A program made the translations under genes and the position numbers. A stretch of 64,000 nt of DNA from a virus. Taxonomy: Duplodnaviria > Caudoviricetes. The stretch lies in IMG/VR virus record IMGVR_UViG_3300028886_000035, positions 128,001 through 192,000 of that record; one strand, written 5' to 3'. Under the pieces are notes generated by a model. It did no database searches, had not been told where the DNA came from, and saw only the letters and a program-made list of their open reading frames with translations. This document shows positions 41,395 to 52,923 of this stretch, one piece after another (the stretch's first letter is position 1; every line of letters starts with the position of its first letter).

Positions 41395-41817
41395 CCTTGC
41401 AAGAAGTTAGAGGGTTGAAAAAACCCTCTTTTTTTTTGTGTCTAAAATCGTTTCTAAGCGCGTTTAATTAGCAAGGGTATATAATCATACCTGTTTTGAT
41501 TTTTAGACAGTCAGAAACGATTTTAGCGTGTGTGAGCGTGATATATAGCACGTAGTTTATCCACCATCAGACACGATGGATTGATTCGATAAAAACATTA
41601 TGTATATTTACATAAAACATTTTACAATTTGCATAAAACAGTTTTTTTGTAAAATGTTTTATTTACGATAACTGCTACGGTTTGTAAAATGTTTTATCTA
41701 TTCACACCTGCCAAAAAAATTTTCAATTTTTATAAAAAACCTATTGACAAAAGCCTGTAAAAGAGTATAATAATAAGTGTCAAGGGGATAGAGAAACCCA
41801 AGACAAACGGTTCAAAG

Positions 41818-42549
41818 GTGATTGAAAGGATTGTGATTACAATGGCACTCAAAAGATTTACCTATGAAAATAAGGTTATGACGAAAATGCTCCATGAAGT
41901 TCTTACGGACGCGAAAAACGTCGGAATTGACTTTATCAAATTGGCGGAATTGCCAATTGATTTGAAGGTGTATCGCTCTAGTTGCGGTCGCCGCGCTATC
42001 GCTATGGCATTTAAGACATTCGATAAAGAGTGTCACCGCAAGATGTTTAAAATCGTCTTTTCAGATGAATATGCAAAGAAACTTACAGGCCAGCATGGTA
42101 AAACCGTTCTCATGCACGAATTGGTTCACACATTGCCAAAATGCTTTAATCACGGCATGGAATTTAAGGCATGGGCAAGAAAAATCAATCGTCTCCTGCC
42201 AGGCTACAATGTTGATACTTCCTGCCGGGGGGAGGAATGGGAAGCGGTTTGTGAAATCATGGATGGGAAACGAATTGATGAACCGCGAAAGGTTATCAAA
42301 AATGAGCCTGTAAAACCAATTGAGCGTAAATTCGATAATGGGATGAGAACCTTTATCGGTTCGATTACAATGAAAAATGGTAAGGTTAAAGTCGTTGCGT
42401 TGAAAAACGCGCTTATCAAATGGATTGACGCAAAAGAATTTGAAAAAGCACGTCAAGCGAAAATGATTGCGCCTAGCGCGTTTGAGCAAGCTATGAATAT
42501 GGCAGGTATGAAGAAACGTGCAAAAGCGTTTGCCAATTACAAAGGATAA
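41818..42549 (+). CDS. SprT-like zinc metallopeptidase
   Basis: TVLMHELVH...NHGMEFKAWARKIN; start probably 41842. Confidence 0.75.
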   Translation: MIERIVITMALKRFTYENKVMTKMLHEVLTDAKNVGIDFIKLAELPIDLKVYRSSCGRRAIAMAFKTFDKECHRKMFKIVFSDEYAKKLTGQHGKTVLMHELVHTLPKCFNHGMEFKAWARKINRLLPGYNVDTSCRGEEWEAVCEIMDGKRIDEPRKVIKNEPVKPIERKFDNGMRTFIGSITMKNGKVKVVALKNALIKWIDAKEFEKARQAKMIAPSAFEQAMNMAGMKKRAKAFANYKG

Positions 42550-42913
42550 TGACGAAAGGAAGGGAATAAAATCCCTTCCTTTTTTGTTTTCTATACTATC
42601 AGAAATCATCTCTAGCAGGTGTTTATCTATGATTAGGTATTCTGATACCTGTTAGCATTTTGAAATGACATACAAACAAAATAGGATGTAATAATCATTG
42701 TTACAAAATTGTGCAAGATAAAACATTTTACATTTTATGATTATGGATTGAAAATTTGTAAAATGTTTTATCTTTGATTGCATACGCATATAGTATACAT
42801 TTTTAGAAAAAGTTTTTTCTTGTATACATATAAAAACTATTGACATTGATACTAAAAAGAGTATAATAGTAAGTGTCAAAGGGAAATGGTTCAAACAAAT
42901 GGAGGTTTTAGAA

Positions 42914-42991
42914 ATGGAGTATGCAATCGGTTATATGGCATTTGCTATCGTTGTTTGTAGAACATGGAATGACTTTGTGAATATATTCTAA
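42914..42991 (+). CDS. 25-aa hydrophobic peptide
   Basis: MEYAIGYMAFAIVVCRTWNDFVNIF*, with its own promoter (42840) and GGAGG RBS. Confidence 0.6.
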   Translation: MEYAIGYMAFAIVVCRTWNDFVNIF

Positions 42992-43157
42992 AATCCGTTC
43001 ACAAAAAAATCACCAAGCGATAAAAAAGTGCTTGACATTCTTCTCAAAGCGAGTATAATATAAAGTGTAAGGAACAAGAGAAAATGGATGATGCAATTGT
43101 AATTCTCAACAACTATATAAGAACAAAAATTAGAAGAAAACTAAGGAAGGAAAAATT

Positions 43158-43559
43158 ATGTTTGAGCAAAGAAAAAATATTCGAGATTTTGTAAATCGAC
43201 TTATAGAAGGTTTCCCAGAAAGCAAAAATCCTAAATGGAGATATATTTTATTCTTTAAAGATTCTATTAATGGCTTTGCATTTTCAGCACCTTATCTTGA
43301 CAAAAGAGAATGTCATGGACGAGTTATTCTTAACATCCCTCAAATATCGAATCTTTGTAAAGGAGACGGGAAAAGATTTGCTAGTTTTTTATTAATGAAC
43401 TTGTACCATGAAACACAACACACATATCAATTTGATTATATGAAAGAAAACAAATTAGATATAAGAAATTGTTTACTAAAACATCAAGAAAAATTAGAAA
43501 AACAAGCTATTGAAGCTATGAATAATCTAAAATATGATTTTGATTTTTCATATCTTTAA
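43158..43559 (+). CDS. HExxH-motif protein (putative zincin)
   Basis: NLYHETQHTYQ...EKQA. Confidence 0.6.
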   Translation: MFEQRKNIRDFVNRLIEGFPESKNPKWRYILFFKDSINGFAFSAPYLDKRECHGRVILNIPQISNLCKGDGKRFASFLLMNLYHETQHTYQFDYMKENKLDIRNCLLKHQEKLEKQAIEAMNNLKYDFDFSYL

Positions 43560-43834
43560 TTTGAGGGAAAATGTTTACTGTAATAAGTACGGTTCTGCCA
43601 GAACAGATACATTAGGGGATGAGAAATCATCCCCTAATTTTATTGTCTAATTTTTATATAAGGTAATTTTAATCTAGGTTGATTGACTTTAATTTATTTT
43701 TAATTATTGAAATGTTGTAAAATGTTTTATCTTAATTCATCAATAAAAATTTTTCAAAAAAATATACAAAACATGTTGACAAATAATTTACATAGTGCTA
43801 TACTATATTTGTAAGGTTGATAGAGATAAAATAA

Positions 43835-44083
43835 ATGGAGGTAATCATTATGGTACTGACAGAAAAAGATGTATGGGATATTTTAGAACATGGTCGAATT
43901 CGTAATATGCCCGAAAAGACGTTTATTGGAGGTCTTACTCAACCCGATGGACAATCGTTTCCGATTGATGTATTAGACACAGGATGGGCAGGTTGCCGTT
44001 TTCATTTAGAAACTGAATTATTGAAAGCGTTAGGTGGTATTGAATTTTGGTTAGTTATTGATAAGGGAAATTGGGAGGAGTGA
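43835..44083 (+). CDS. Early hypothetical protein
   Basis: Start probably MVLTE after GGAGG; promoter and terminator. Confidence 0.75.
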   Translation: MEVIIMVLTEKDVWDILEHGRIRNMPEKTFIGGLTQPDGQSFPIDVLDTGWAGCRFHLETELLKALGGIEFWLVIDKGNWEE

Positions 44084-44397
44084 TTTAATCAGATGGGGAG
44101 TACTCCCCATCTTTTTTAATATAAAATATTAAAACATTTTACAATTTTTGTTCGGTATAATTTTTGTAAAATGTTTTATGGCTTGACTATATGATTTTGT
44201 ATATAAGATACATAAAAAAAGTATTGACAATGATAGCGCAGTATGTTATTATAAAGACAGTTAAGCGGTCACAATCATTATTAAACACAAAAAATTTCAA
44301 AAAAAATAATAAAAAAATTCTTGACAAAATAACATATATATGATATACTAAAGTCAAGAAATGAGAGATATGGTTCACAAGAAAGGAAGTAATTACA

Positions 44398-44691
44398 ATG
44401 AAATTCGCAGACGTTAAAGTTTACAACATGACCTCCCACAACACGGAACGTGAAGTTCCGAATCAGTTTAAAATCCATGCCAATGGTGGTGTATATTTTC
44501 AGAGTTACAATACGGTTATTGCTTTTGTAAAGGATAATCACGTATCAATCATTCGTGGTGGTCTTGACTACTCTACGACTACAAACAAATGGTTGTATCA
44601 GTTCTTAGAGGAAGAAGCAGGGTTATGGCAATTGAATAAACGCAAGGTTTCCAAAATGATGGAAAGCGGTGAGATTGAAACTGTGGAGTAA
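44398..44691 (+). CDS. Conserved phage early protein (FQSYxTxIA...DYSxTT family)
   Basis: Motif recognition; cassette structure. Confidence 0.8.
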   Translation: MKFADVKVYNMTSHNTEREVPNQFKIHANGGVYFQSYNTVIAFVKDNHVSIIRGGLDYSTTTNKWLYQFLEEEAGLWQLNKRKVSKMMESGEIETVE

Positions 44692-44921
44692 AATTCACAT
44701 AGGGAGGGCGGAAGCCCTCTTTTTATTTGCCTTAAATTTTTTCTAATTAAATTTTAAGGTTGATTGACTATTGTAATAAATTGATTTTTGTAAAATGTTT
44801 TATTCACTATACCTACTGAAAAATTTTTCAAAAAATATAAAAAAGTTCTTGACATACATAATATTATATGGTATACTGTTTACAGAGATAAGGAAATAGA
44901 CAAATTCAGGAGGTAATTGAA

Positions 44922-45179
44922 ATGTACTACTACGTTAAAGAAGTTGCGTCTCGTGATGGGAAATTCAGAGGAAAAGAGGATATTAAAATCCGTAAATTCA
45001 AAACTTACGCAAGAGCGCAGATTGCATTTAACAAGAGCGCAAATGCTTTGCGTGAAATGATGGATAAAGCCCTTGCGAATGGCGCAGATTTTACGAAAGA
45101 TGATAATAATGTAAGTCTGTTGATGTATTACAGTAACCGTTCGTATAGAAGGTTTGGCGTTACACTTTATAAGCATTAA
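44922..45179 (+). CDS. Early hypothetical basic protein; last gene of the plus arm
   Basis: AGGAGG RBS; terminator at 45180-45220. Confidence 0.8.
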   Translation: MYYYVKEVASRDGKFRGKEDIKIRKFKTYARAQIAFNKSANALREMMDKALANGADFTKDDNNVSLLMYYSNRSYRRFGVTLYKH

Positions 45180-45363
45180 AAAATACCTGCTAGAAACATA
45201 ATCTAGCAGGTATTTTTTTTGTAATGTATTCTAATAAAGTTTTAATCTAGGTTGATTGACTATTGTAAAATGTTTTATCAAATATCAAAATGTGAGCATA
45301 AAACATTTTACAGAAACACAAAAGTAAAAAAATACGTATGAATCATTCATACGTATTTGATAT

Positions 45364-45792
45364 TTACATAGCGTTTTCTGCCATAGCCCAATATAACTGA
45401 TATTCAATATCATATTTACCTGCATTGTGAGTAATTTTCTTGCCTTTTAGATAATACGTTACATATACATTATCATCAAATTTATAATGTACCATTTCCA
45501 TTTTAACAGGGATACGATGGGAATAGTTATCCATAATGACCATAGTTCCAATATGCTTACATGGGATAATATATCCTTTGTAAATCTCATGCTTACGTCC
45601 TGCCTTGTCTTTATACACCCTTACTTTAACCACATCATTCTCTAGTGCTAAGTACTGATTATTTACTGTATCAGATACAAGCAGGTAATTTGTGTTACCA
45701 TTGACGTATTGTGTTTGGTATGGTTTTATGTTTGCAAAGGCAATAGAAGAATAAAACAACAACATAAGCGTAAGCATAACAATCTTTTTCAT
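45364..45792 (-). CDS. Exported protein with a Sec signal peptide
   Basis: MKKIVMLTLMLLFYSSIAFA|NIK. Confidence 0.75.
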   Translation of the reverse strand: MKKIVMLTLMLLFYSSIAFANIKPYQTQYVNGNTNYLLVSDTVNNQYLALENDVVKVRVYKDKAGRKHEIYKGYIIPCKHIGTMVIMDNYSHRIPVKMEMVHYKFDDNVYVTYYLKGKKITHNAGKYDIEYQLYWAMAENAM

Positions 45793-45809
45793 TTTATAAA
45801 ACCTCCATA

Positions 45810-46235
45810 TTAAACCGTTTTGATAAATGTATATTCTGTTACATTTACTTCTCCTTTAGGAATATCGTTCAATTTCTCTAGCATAGCATTGTGCTTAATG
45901 CGTCTCTTGCTAGGATTTGTCAACGCTTCAATCTCTTTCATATTGCGCTTATCCCTGCTTGTAGGGAAAGACACAATAAGTTCCCCCATTACATTAAATG
46001 TGATAGTTTCTTGACTTTTATCAAAGTCATAGCTTGTCACATTCGGACAATCAATCATACCATACCTAATTTCACCCTGCATGAGATATTTTGCCATATA
46101 CTGATAATAGGTATCAGTAGGGTTATCTTCACGATGAGACAAAATGTAATTATGGATATTTTTTGTTACCGTTCCTTTTACATGAAAAAGGAAGTTTGTA
46201 TTGTCTACATTTTTGAAAATATCGTCATTGTACAT
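45810..46235 (-). CDS. Hypothetical protein
   Basis: Promoter and RBS upstream. Confidence 0.75.
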   Translation of the reverse strand: MYNDDIFKNVDNTNFLFHVKGTVTKNIHNYILSHREDNPTDTYYQYMAKYLMQGEIRYGMIDCPNVTSYDFDKSQETITFNVMGELIVSFPTSRDKRNMKEIEALTNPSKRRIKHNAMLEKLNDIPKGEVNVTEYTFIKTV

Positions 46236-46348
46236 TTTAATCTTTCCTTTCTGCTATTTATATATAAAGTATACCATAAAAATGGATATTTGTCAATATA
46301 AATTATATAATAAAAGGCACGATGTTTTTACGCATCGTGCTTTTTTTG

Positions 46349-46537
46349 TTAATTCATTTCTTCCGCAGACCCTTCAATCACGGCAGGGTCATCTGATTCT
46401 GAAATATGAAAGTCTGAATTTGGAATTTCATCCAACTTATCCCATGCAATGGATTCTGCTTCTTCAGCACTTTCCGCTTCTATTTCCACAACTGCAAAGG
46501 CAGGAAGTTCAACGACAACATTATACTTTTTCATCCT
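46349..46537 (-). CDS. Small acidic protein (VEIEAESAEEA, DpnD/PcfM-like)
   Basis: Start near MIRMKK/MKKYN after the AAGGA RBS. Confidence 0.6.
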   Translation of the reverse strand, partial: RMKKYNVVVELPAFAVVEIEAESAEEAESIAWDKLDEIPNSDFHISESDDPAVIEGSAEEMN

Positions 46538-46769
46538 AATCATGTCCTTTCTTTTGATGGGTTGTTTTTCAATTTCTGTATTTATTATAGCGCACAATTC
46601 GCAATTTGTCAATAGGTTTTTTATATTTTTTGATAAATTTAACCGAATAAAATGTGATAAATATTCGTATAAAACATTTTACAAAAATTGTTTGTATGTG
46701 GATTGTAAAATGTTTTATTTTAATATGCAAATAAAAAGGACGGATATTCAATATCCGTCCCAAAGAGGA

Positions 46770-46862
46770 TTATTCGTCCTCGTCATCACCATCAAACAGA
46801 GTGTCCCAACATTCCGCGCCCGTCCCGCTAATAAGCACCTCGCGCTCGTCAGCACCGTTCAT
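46770..46862 (-). CDS. 30-aa acidic ORF, probably a gene fragment
   Basis: MNGADEREVLISGTGAECWDTLFDGDDEDE*; ATGA overlap with the upstream gene. Confidence 0.45.
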   Translation of the reverse strand: MNGADEREVLISGTGAECWDTLFDGDDEDE

Positions 46863-47245
46863 TCCCATTCGATATATGCGACACTCCCGCGCTTTTTAAG
46901 CACGAGCTTTTCATCGTGTTCAATCGCTATGTAAATCGGATTTGAAGAAAATAAGTATGCGTCAGGAATCTTATCCGTTGGTTCTACGTCCTGAATCTTT
47001 AAGACAAGAAACTCGTCGTTTCCATTGTCTCGATTCGCATTCCTTGTATCGAAGCTGGCCTTGGTTATGGCGCAACGCTCATAACCATCTCCGCCGGAAC
47101 GGATTTCTTCCACATCCATATCACAGAGAAAATTTTCGATGGCAGTTTCAACCTCGTCTTGCTTTCTCCAGTCTCCGCGCTGGAACGCTCCGAAGAGGTC
47201 TTTGTCGAATACGAATGTAAGTTTCTTCATGTCACTTGACAACAT
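46859..47245 (-). CDS. Hypothetical protein, noticeably GC-richer cassette
   Basis: Start MLSSD after AGGAGG. Confidence 0.8.
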   Translation of the reverse strand: MLSSDMKKLTFVFDKDLFGAFQRGDWRKQDEVETAIENFLCDMDVEEIRSGGDGYERCAITKASFDTRNANRDNGNDEFLVLKIQDVEPTDKIPDAYLFSSNPIYIAIEHDEKLVLKKRGSVAYIEWE

Positions 47246-48011
47246 AGTACATACCTCCTGTGAACTATCTCTTGTTCCCTTCGACACTTATATAATAGCA
47301 TACTACGGAAAGTTTGTCAACACTTTTTTTATAAAAAATGCAAAAAAAATTTGCATCAACGTATGAAATTTGTCAGACATTTTACATCTAAAACCTTCAA
47401 AAAACATTCCTTTCTACTAAATTGAATGTTTTCTCTACCAATATATTATCAAATAATGTGTACCAATATTTTTTGTATCAAAAATGTCTGAAAATTGTTT
47501 ATGCTATAAAAAGCCTTGCGATTATCATATCGCAAGGCTTCTCTTTATTCTAAATAAATATATATATATGAATTACTTAGCCCATTGGAATCATGTCCCT
47601 TCTATATGGATTGAAACCTAGCTTTTCTTGAACCATCGTGGTTAACATTTCTAAATAACAATAATAATATATATGTTCTCACTCGCTAGAGTTTATTCAG
47701 CTTTTTCTTCATTCTGCTCACTTCCTTTCCCCTTGGATTGATTATATTGTATCATAACTGAACTACTTTGTCAACAGTTTTTTAAATTTTTTTCTTTAAG
47801 GTATCAACATCATAAACAGTTCCGTTCAATTGTTTCATTTCCTTATCTCTGATTATATGATACCACACACAAAACAATTTGTCAACACTTTTTTATAAAA
47901 AATGCAATTTTTTTGACCATAAAACATTTTACAATTTATAAAAACAGAATTTTTGTAAAATGTTTTATTTTGTTTCAATAACAAAAAAAAGAGAGTTTCC
48001 CCTCTTTTTCA

Positions 48012-48347
48012 TTAAATACACCCACCACAAGAGCCATAAATCCAATCACAATCGCTAATTGCGTCATACAGTTCTTCATACTGTGAAGAATCAATAGGAA
48101 GTGATTTGACCCATTGATTCTTAGCCAACCATGCGTCAAATGGTAATCCCTGATGTACTGTTTCCCATACATCTACCCAATCTTCAAAATGCCATTGTTG
48201 ATAATCGTTCTCCGTATTCATAGGAGAACCCTGCAAGTCAACAGGGATACAGTCAGAAACATCATTACCATTGATGGTAATGACCCAACGACCTGAACAC
48301 AAGCAAGGATATGAGCCGGTCCATTCAACTTTGATTTCCTTTTTCAT
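48012..48347 (-). CDS. Cys/Trp-rich conserved-looking phage protein
   Basis: WTGSYPCLCSG...SCGGCI. Confidence 0.8.
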   Translation of the reverse strand: MKKEIKVEWTGSYPCLCSGRWVITINGNDVSDCIPVDLQGSPMNTENDYQQWHFEDWVDVWETVHQGLPFDAWLAKNQWVKSLPIDSSQYEELYDAISDCDWIYGSCGGCI

Positions 48348-48700
48348 TATGTATCAGCCCTTTCAATTTGCTTAACCTTATGTATTAAATATAACACAGA
48401 ATATACATTTTGTCAACATTTTTTTATTGACGAAATAAAAATTTTTGTATTTATAGCACTACGTTCAAAACATCATACGCATAAAACACATGGTCTAAAT
48501 CACTTTATTTTTGTCTCTAAGGTGATTTAATTATAAAATAGGTATAGCTATATGCACTGATAAATAAAATCGCTTATACGCGAAATAGGAAGCAACTAAA
48601 GTAATTACACAACTTTCACAAAATTCATTTTGTAAAATGTTTTATATATGAATAATGATAAAGAGGTGAGATTTTTATTCTCACCTCTTTATCATTTTCT

Positions 48701-49198
48701 TTAATCGTCAATATCAGGAATTTCTGATGTATCCTCTCCCATTTCGTCAAGTTCGTCAATCAAATCATCATATTCGCTTGACAGTTCATTAAGTTCATCG
48801 TTAAAATCGTCGAAAGAACTATAGTTTTCACGATTTTCCATGAGATAATCGTTATCAATATCGTCACCGAATTGGTTAATCACATCCCACGCGCAACCGC
48901 TATGTGCGTTACCATATCCATCAAACCAAAAATACTCGTCACCTGTCCGAAAGTCATTTCCGATACGGTCAACGATTTCCGTAGGCGAAAGACCTTCCAT
49001 AAGTTCATCAAATGAACTCATGTATTCAGGATGTTCATAGGAATTGTCGTTACAATAATCAATGATAATTCCAATCTTGATGTCATCGTCAAGGTTATCG
49101 AAAACATCATTAATATTTTCGATTTTGTTCTGATACTCATTACGAATTTCTTCAAGGCGGTTCATGATTTCTTCTTTCGACATTTTAATCATCTCCAT
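48701..49198 (-). CDS. Highly acidic protein (candidate DNA mimic)
   Basis: Very D/E-rich; DEYFWFDGYGN motif. Confidence 0.75.
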   Translation of the reverse strand: MEMIKMSKEEIMNRLEEIRNEYQNKIENINDVFDNLDDDIKIGIIIDYCNDNSYEHPEYMSSFDELMEGLSPTEIVDRIGNDFRTGDEYFWFDGYGNAHSGCAWDVINQFGDDIDNDYLMENRENYSSFDDFNDELNELSSEYDDLIDELDEMGEDTSEIPDIDD

Positions 49199-49462
49199 TT
49201 AGTAAACCTTTTGTTTCTCTCTATGGTTATATAGTACCATATCTGATTTCGTTTGTCAAGAAGTTTTTTATATTTTTTTGATTTTGATTTTTGTACTTTT
49301 TTCTCTTGACACTTATATAGTATCATATATGTATAACTATGTCAAGATATTTTTTATATTTTTTTCTATAATAAAACATTTTACAAAAATTATAATATAT
49401 AAAATTGTAAAATGTTTTATCTCTATATATAGAAAAAAGCAGGGATTTCCCTGCTTTTTTTC

Positions 49463-49780
49463 TTATTCTCCCATTTGTTCCCAAATATCACGCTTTACCA
49501 TTTCATCTTGAACTTCGGCATAGTTTATATCTTGTTCCAAATCACGCTCTGTTACGGGCTTATCATAATTATAGCAGAACATTACACCTCTTTTCAAATA
49601 ATGAATGTATTCGCTATGAATATTATAGCGAAACCAATAATCACCTTCACCTGTGAATTTACAGAAAACATAATCCGCAAACACTTGACCATTATAACGG
49701 TCATAATGAATTTCAACTGCCGTAGCACCGAAAACCTTCATGCTATTCATCATTTCAACCGCTTTTTTTAAACCCTTCAT
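49463..49780 (-). CDS. Early hypothetical protein
   Basis: Cassette with promoter, RBS and terminator. Confidence 0.8.
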   Translation of the reverse strand: MKGLKKAVEMMNSMKVFGATAVEIHYDRYNGQVFADYVFCKFTGEGDYWFRYNIHSEYIHYLKRGVMFCYNYDKPVTERDLEQDINYAEVQDEMVKRDIWEQMGE

Positions 49781-49977
49781 TTTGAAAACCTCCTATTAAC
49801 GAACCATTTCCTTAACTCTGATATTAGTATAGCATGTATTGATATATTTGTCAATAACTTTTTTATATTTTTTTTTGATAATAAAACATTTTACAAAAAA
49901 CACATAAAACGCAATAATGTAAAATGTTTTATGATAATATATCAAAAAAAGAGGAATTTAATTATCCCTCCTGTTGG

Positions 49978-50526
49978 TTAATCCATATAAAACTCTTTAC
50001 TACCGCAAGTGCAAGTGTAATTTTTTGCACCATTTCTCATAACCGCTTTGACAAATTTTGACATTTTATGATAACGCCACGTAGCACCACACTTAGCACA
50101 ATGGCAAACATAGGTTTTACGATTAACATTGGCTTTTACAACCTCTCTTACGCTATCATATGCTTCTTTTGACGCATACGTGCCAATTTTTGTTCCGTAA
50201 ATACGGTTTACCCTACGTGCCATTTCTTGAAACTTTGCGCCATGATGATTCATTTTACAATATGGCATAGCATGAATTAGCTCATGTAAAAGAGTTTCCT
50301 TAATAGCTTCTTTGCTACCCTCTTTTACAAGGATATTAGAAATCTCAATGGTAGCCGTTTTCATTCTGTAGTTACAGGAACAAGTACCATATACCTTATA
50401 TTTTCTTGCATTGAATTTAACAGAAATCGGATAAACAGAAAACCCATATTCAATCAATTCTTCTCTATATGCGTAAAGCATATCAACAATTTTCTGTTTT
50501 TGTTCATTCGCAATTTCCGTAACCAT
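49978..50526 (-). CDS. SprT-family zinc metallopeptidase with zinc ribbon
   Basis: ETLLHELIHA...HHGAKFQEMARRVN...YVCHCAKCG...YTCTCG. Confidence 0.85.
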   Translation of the reverse strand: MVTEIANEQKQKIVDMLYAYREELIEYGFSVYPISVKFNARKYKVYGTCSCNYRMKTATIEISNILVKEGSKEAIKETLLHELIHAMPYCKMNHHGAKFQEMARRVNRIYGTKIGTYASKEAYDSVREVVKANVNRKTYVCHCAKCGATWRYHKMSKFVKAVMRNGAKNYTCTCGSKEFYMD

Positions 50527-50725
50527 TTTTTGAAACCTCCTAAATTTGAACCATTTGTTTCTCTATGCTTATATACTACCACAAATTGATAATTTTGTCA
50601 ACAGTTTTTTTATAAGCAAATTTCGTGCTTAAAACATTTTACAAAAAAACGTATTGACGAATAAATGTAAAATGTTTTATTTCGATATATCAAAAAGAGG
50701 AAGGGTAAAATCTCCCTCTTTTCTT

Positions 50726-51124
50726 TTATCCCATAGCGGGATTTTCCTTTTTGAACTCTCTATAGTTCAGATGGAAAACATTTGAAACACTATCCACAAG
50801 CGTTTTGCGGATATTCACGAATAATGTTTCAATACGCAAGTGTTTTGCAAGGTGCTTGTAAATATAGCCATTTTTCGTCTGCCAACGCATAACAAGACGA
50901 ACGGCATCCTTGCCATTGTCACGCATTTTATTCGTGCGTTTATCCACCGCGCTATAGATTAAAATATCCACAACGGGATTTTTTGTTTTCATTTTATAGA
51001 CATATTCATACGTTTCTGTTTCTGGAACAAAATTCCCGATGTAGGCAAGATGATAAGCATCTGCCATTTTACGCATGGTCTGTACAAACTGTGCTTTTGT
51101 GTATCGTGTGTATTTCGTAGTCAT
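50726..51124 (-). CDS. Conserved-looking phage early protein
   Basis: Start MTTKY after AGGAGG; IYSAVD...RDNGKDAVRLV. Confidence 0.75.
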   Translation of the reverse strand: MTTKYTRYTKAQFVQTMRKMADAYHLAYIGNFVPETETYEYVYKMKTKNPVVDILIYSAVDKRTNKMRDNGKDAVRLVMRWQTKNGYIYKHLAKHLRIETLFVNIRKTLVDSVSNVFHLNYREFKKENPAMG

Positions 51125-51288
51125 GATGTATTTCCTCCTGTATTTCAAACCGTGTTTCTCTCTATGGTTATATATTACCATAGAACGGATATTTTGTCAA
51201 TAGGTTTTTTATAAAAAATATCTTTTTATAAAACATTTTACAAATCCATACAAATAAAAAAAGCAGATACATAAGCATTTGCCACAAA

Positions 51289-51450
51289 TCAAACCCAACG
51301 TTTAAGCTCACGCTTTACATCCCTCTCGCGCTTCTGAGCGCGCTTATCGGGAATAACCTTGCAAGCATACTGATTACTTGCAAGACTAGCAAGCGTAGAA
51401 CTTGCATGGTGAACTTTATGGTGGGCATTTGCTTTTTCAATCTTCGTCAT
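51289..51450 (-). CDS. Small basic protein
   Basis: MTKIEKANAHH...KVIPDKR...; GGAGG RBS. Confidence 0.65.
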   Translation of the reverse strand: MTKIEKANAHHKVHHASSTLASLASNQYACKVIPDKRAQKRERDVKRELKRWV

Positions 51451-51660
51451 CTTAAATCTACCTCCAAAGTGTTTAACCTTTTGTTTTTCTCTATGGTTAT
51501 ATATTATCACATCTTACACGTATTGTCAAGTATTTTTTTATACTTTTGTTGATAATAAAACATTTTACAAATTTGTGTAAATTGATTTTTGTAAAATGTT
51601 TTATGTTTAGTATATCAAAAAGAGGTGGAATATTCCACCTCTTCGTTAGAAATATTGTAA

Positions 51661-52104
51661 TTACTGATAAAGTTTGTACACACATGTTTCATCCATAATT
51701 TTCATAAGCTCATGGAAATTACCGTCAATCTCGTCAAATTCTGAGATAACTTCCTGCATACCACAGGAATGACCTCTGTCGTATGCAATAGAGAAAAGGT
51801 GGTCAAAAATCTTACGTCCGTTAGGAAAATCCTTGGCATAAGATTGCTGATATACCTTTTCACAAAGTTCGGCTTCGATGAGATTCAGTTCCTCACGCTC
51901 CTTCTTTTGCAGTTCTTTATACTCTGCTTTAAGCTGTTCCGAATATTTTTCTTTTCTTTCGGTAAGCTCTTTGATTGTTCCCGTTTGGGTTTCATCAAAT
52001 TCTTTTAGCTTTTTATCAGAAAAATTTCGAAAAGAACTGGGATATTTCCAATGGATTTGATTATAAGACTCTTCGTATTTTTTTACTTCTTCAAACATAT
52101 TCAT
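51661..52104 (-). CDS. Hypothetical protein (AYDRGHSCG motif)
   Basis: GGAGG RBS. Confidence 0.8.
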   Translation of the reverse strand: MNMFEEVKKYEESYNQIHWKYPSSFRNFSDKKLKEFDETQTGTIKELTERKEKYSEQLKAEYKELQKKEREELNLIEAELCEKVYQQSYAKDFPNGRKIFDHLFSIAYDRGHSCGMQEVISEFDEIDGNFHELMKIMDETCVYKLYQ

Positions 52105-52129
52105 GTTTCATTACCTCCATTCAAAACAA

Positions 52130-52384
52130 TCAATAACCAATTTTGAAAACTGTTTCTCCGTCTTGCCAATCTTCTTCCTTGATTACAAAGCCTTCTCCAA
52201 TCAAGAAGGCTTTTGCAAATTCGCCTTTTTCTAAAGGAATTTCAATTAAGGCTTCGAAATCACCATCCATTAAAGAATCTTCAATTTGTTCAACGATTTC
52301 TCTTTTTGTTCCCTCGTCAAGTTTCCCAGCTTTTTCTTTCATCAAAGAGACTGTTTCTTGATGATACTTTTCGGCTAATGTCAT
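52130..52384 (-). CDS. Small acidic protein
   Basis: Promoter and RBS. Confidence 0.75.
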   Translation of the reverse strand: MTLAEKYHQETVSLMKEKAGKLDEGTKREIVEQIEDSLMDGDFEALIEIPLEKGEFAKAFLIGEGFVIKEEDWQDGETVFKIGY

Positions 52385-52486
52385 GAAAATCCTCTCCTTT
52401 GTAGAACCTGTTGTTTTCTCTATGGTTATATATTATCATACTATAATCTATTTGTCAATACTTTTTATATAAAAATTTTATTCAGT

Positions 52487-52906
52487 TCAATTATAGTTTT
52501 TCAGTAACATAGTTATTCTAGTCATTGTATCAGTTACTTTTTGTTTTTGCTTATTGTTCATTGAATGATATTTTTTGAAAAATTTTTCCTCTCTCTTTTT
52601 TTCAAATTCAAACCCTTCACGATACTTTGGTATTTTTTTTAATTCATCAAATGAATAACTTTGTAGCTTACAAATTGTATCCTTTGTATCTTGTGTAATA
52701 TTTTTATTGTACCTACATTCTTCAATTTTATCATGGATAACACTAGAATGATAACTAATCTTATTGATATAAAATGTCATTTCATTACGAAATATTTTTT
52801 GTCTATCCATATCTTCATGAATATAATCTAAAATACCACAATAATATGCCATAGCATTTATATCAGAATAGCAATTATCCATAAGTTCTTTACTCATAGC
52901 ATCCAT
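52487..52906 (-). CDS. Hypothetical protein
   Basis: 139 aa ORF. Confidence 0.7.
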   Translation of the reverse strand: MDAMSKELMDNCYSDINAMAYYCGILDYIHEDMDRQKIFRNEMTFYINKISYHSSVIHDKIEECRYNKNITQDTKDTICKLQSYSFDELKKIPKYREGFEFEKKREEKFFKKYHSMNNKQKQKVTDTMTRITMLLKNYN

Positions 52907-52923
52907 GATAAAAACCCTTTCAA

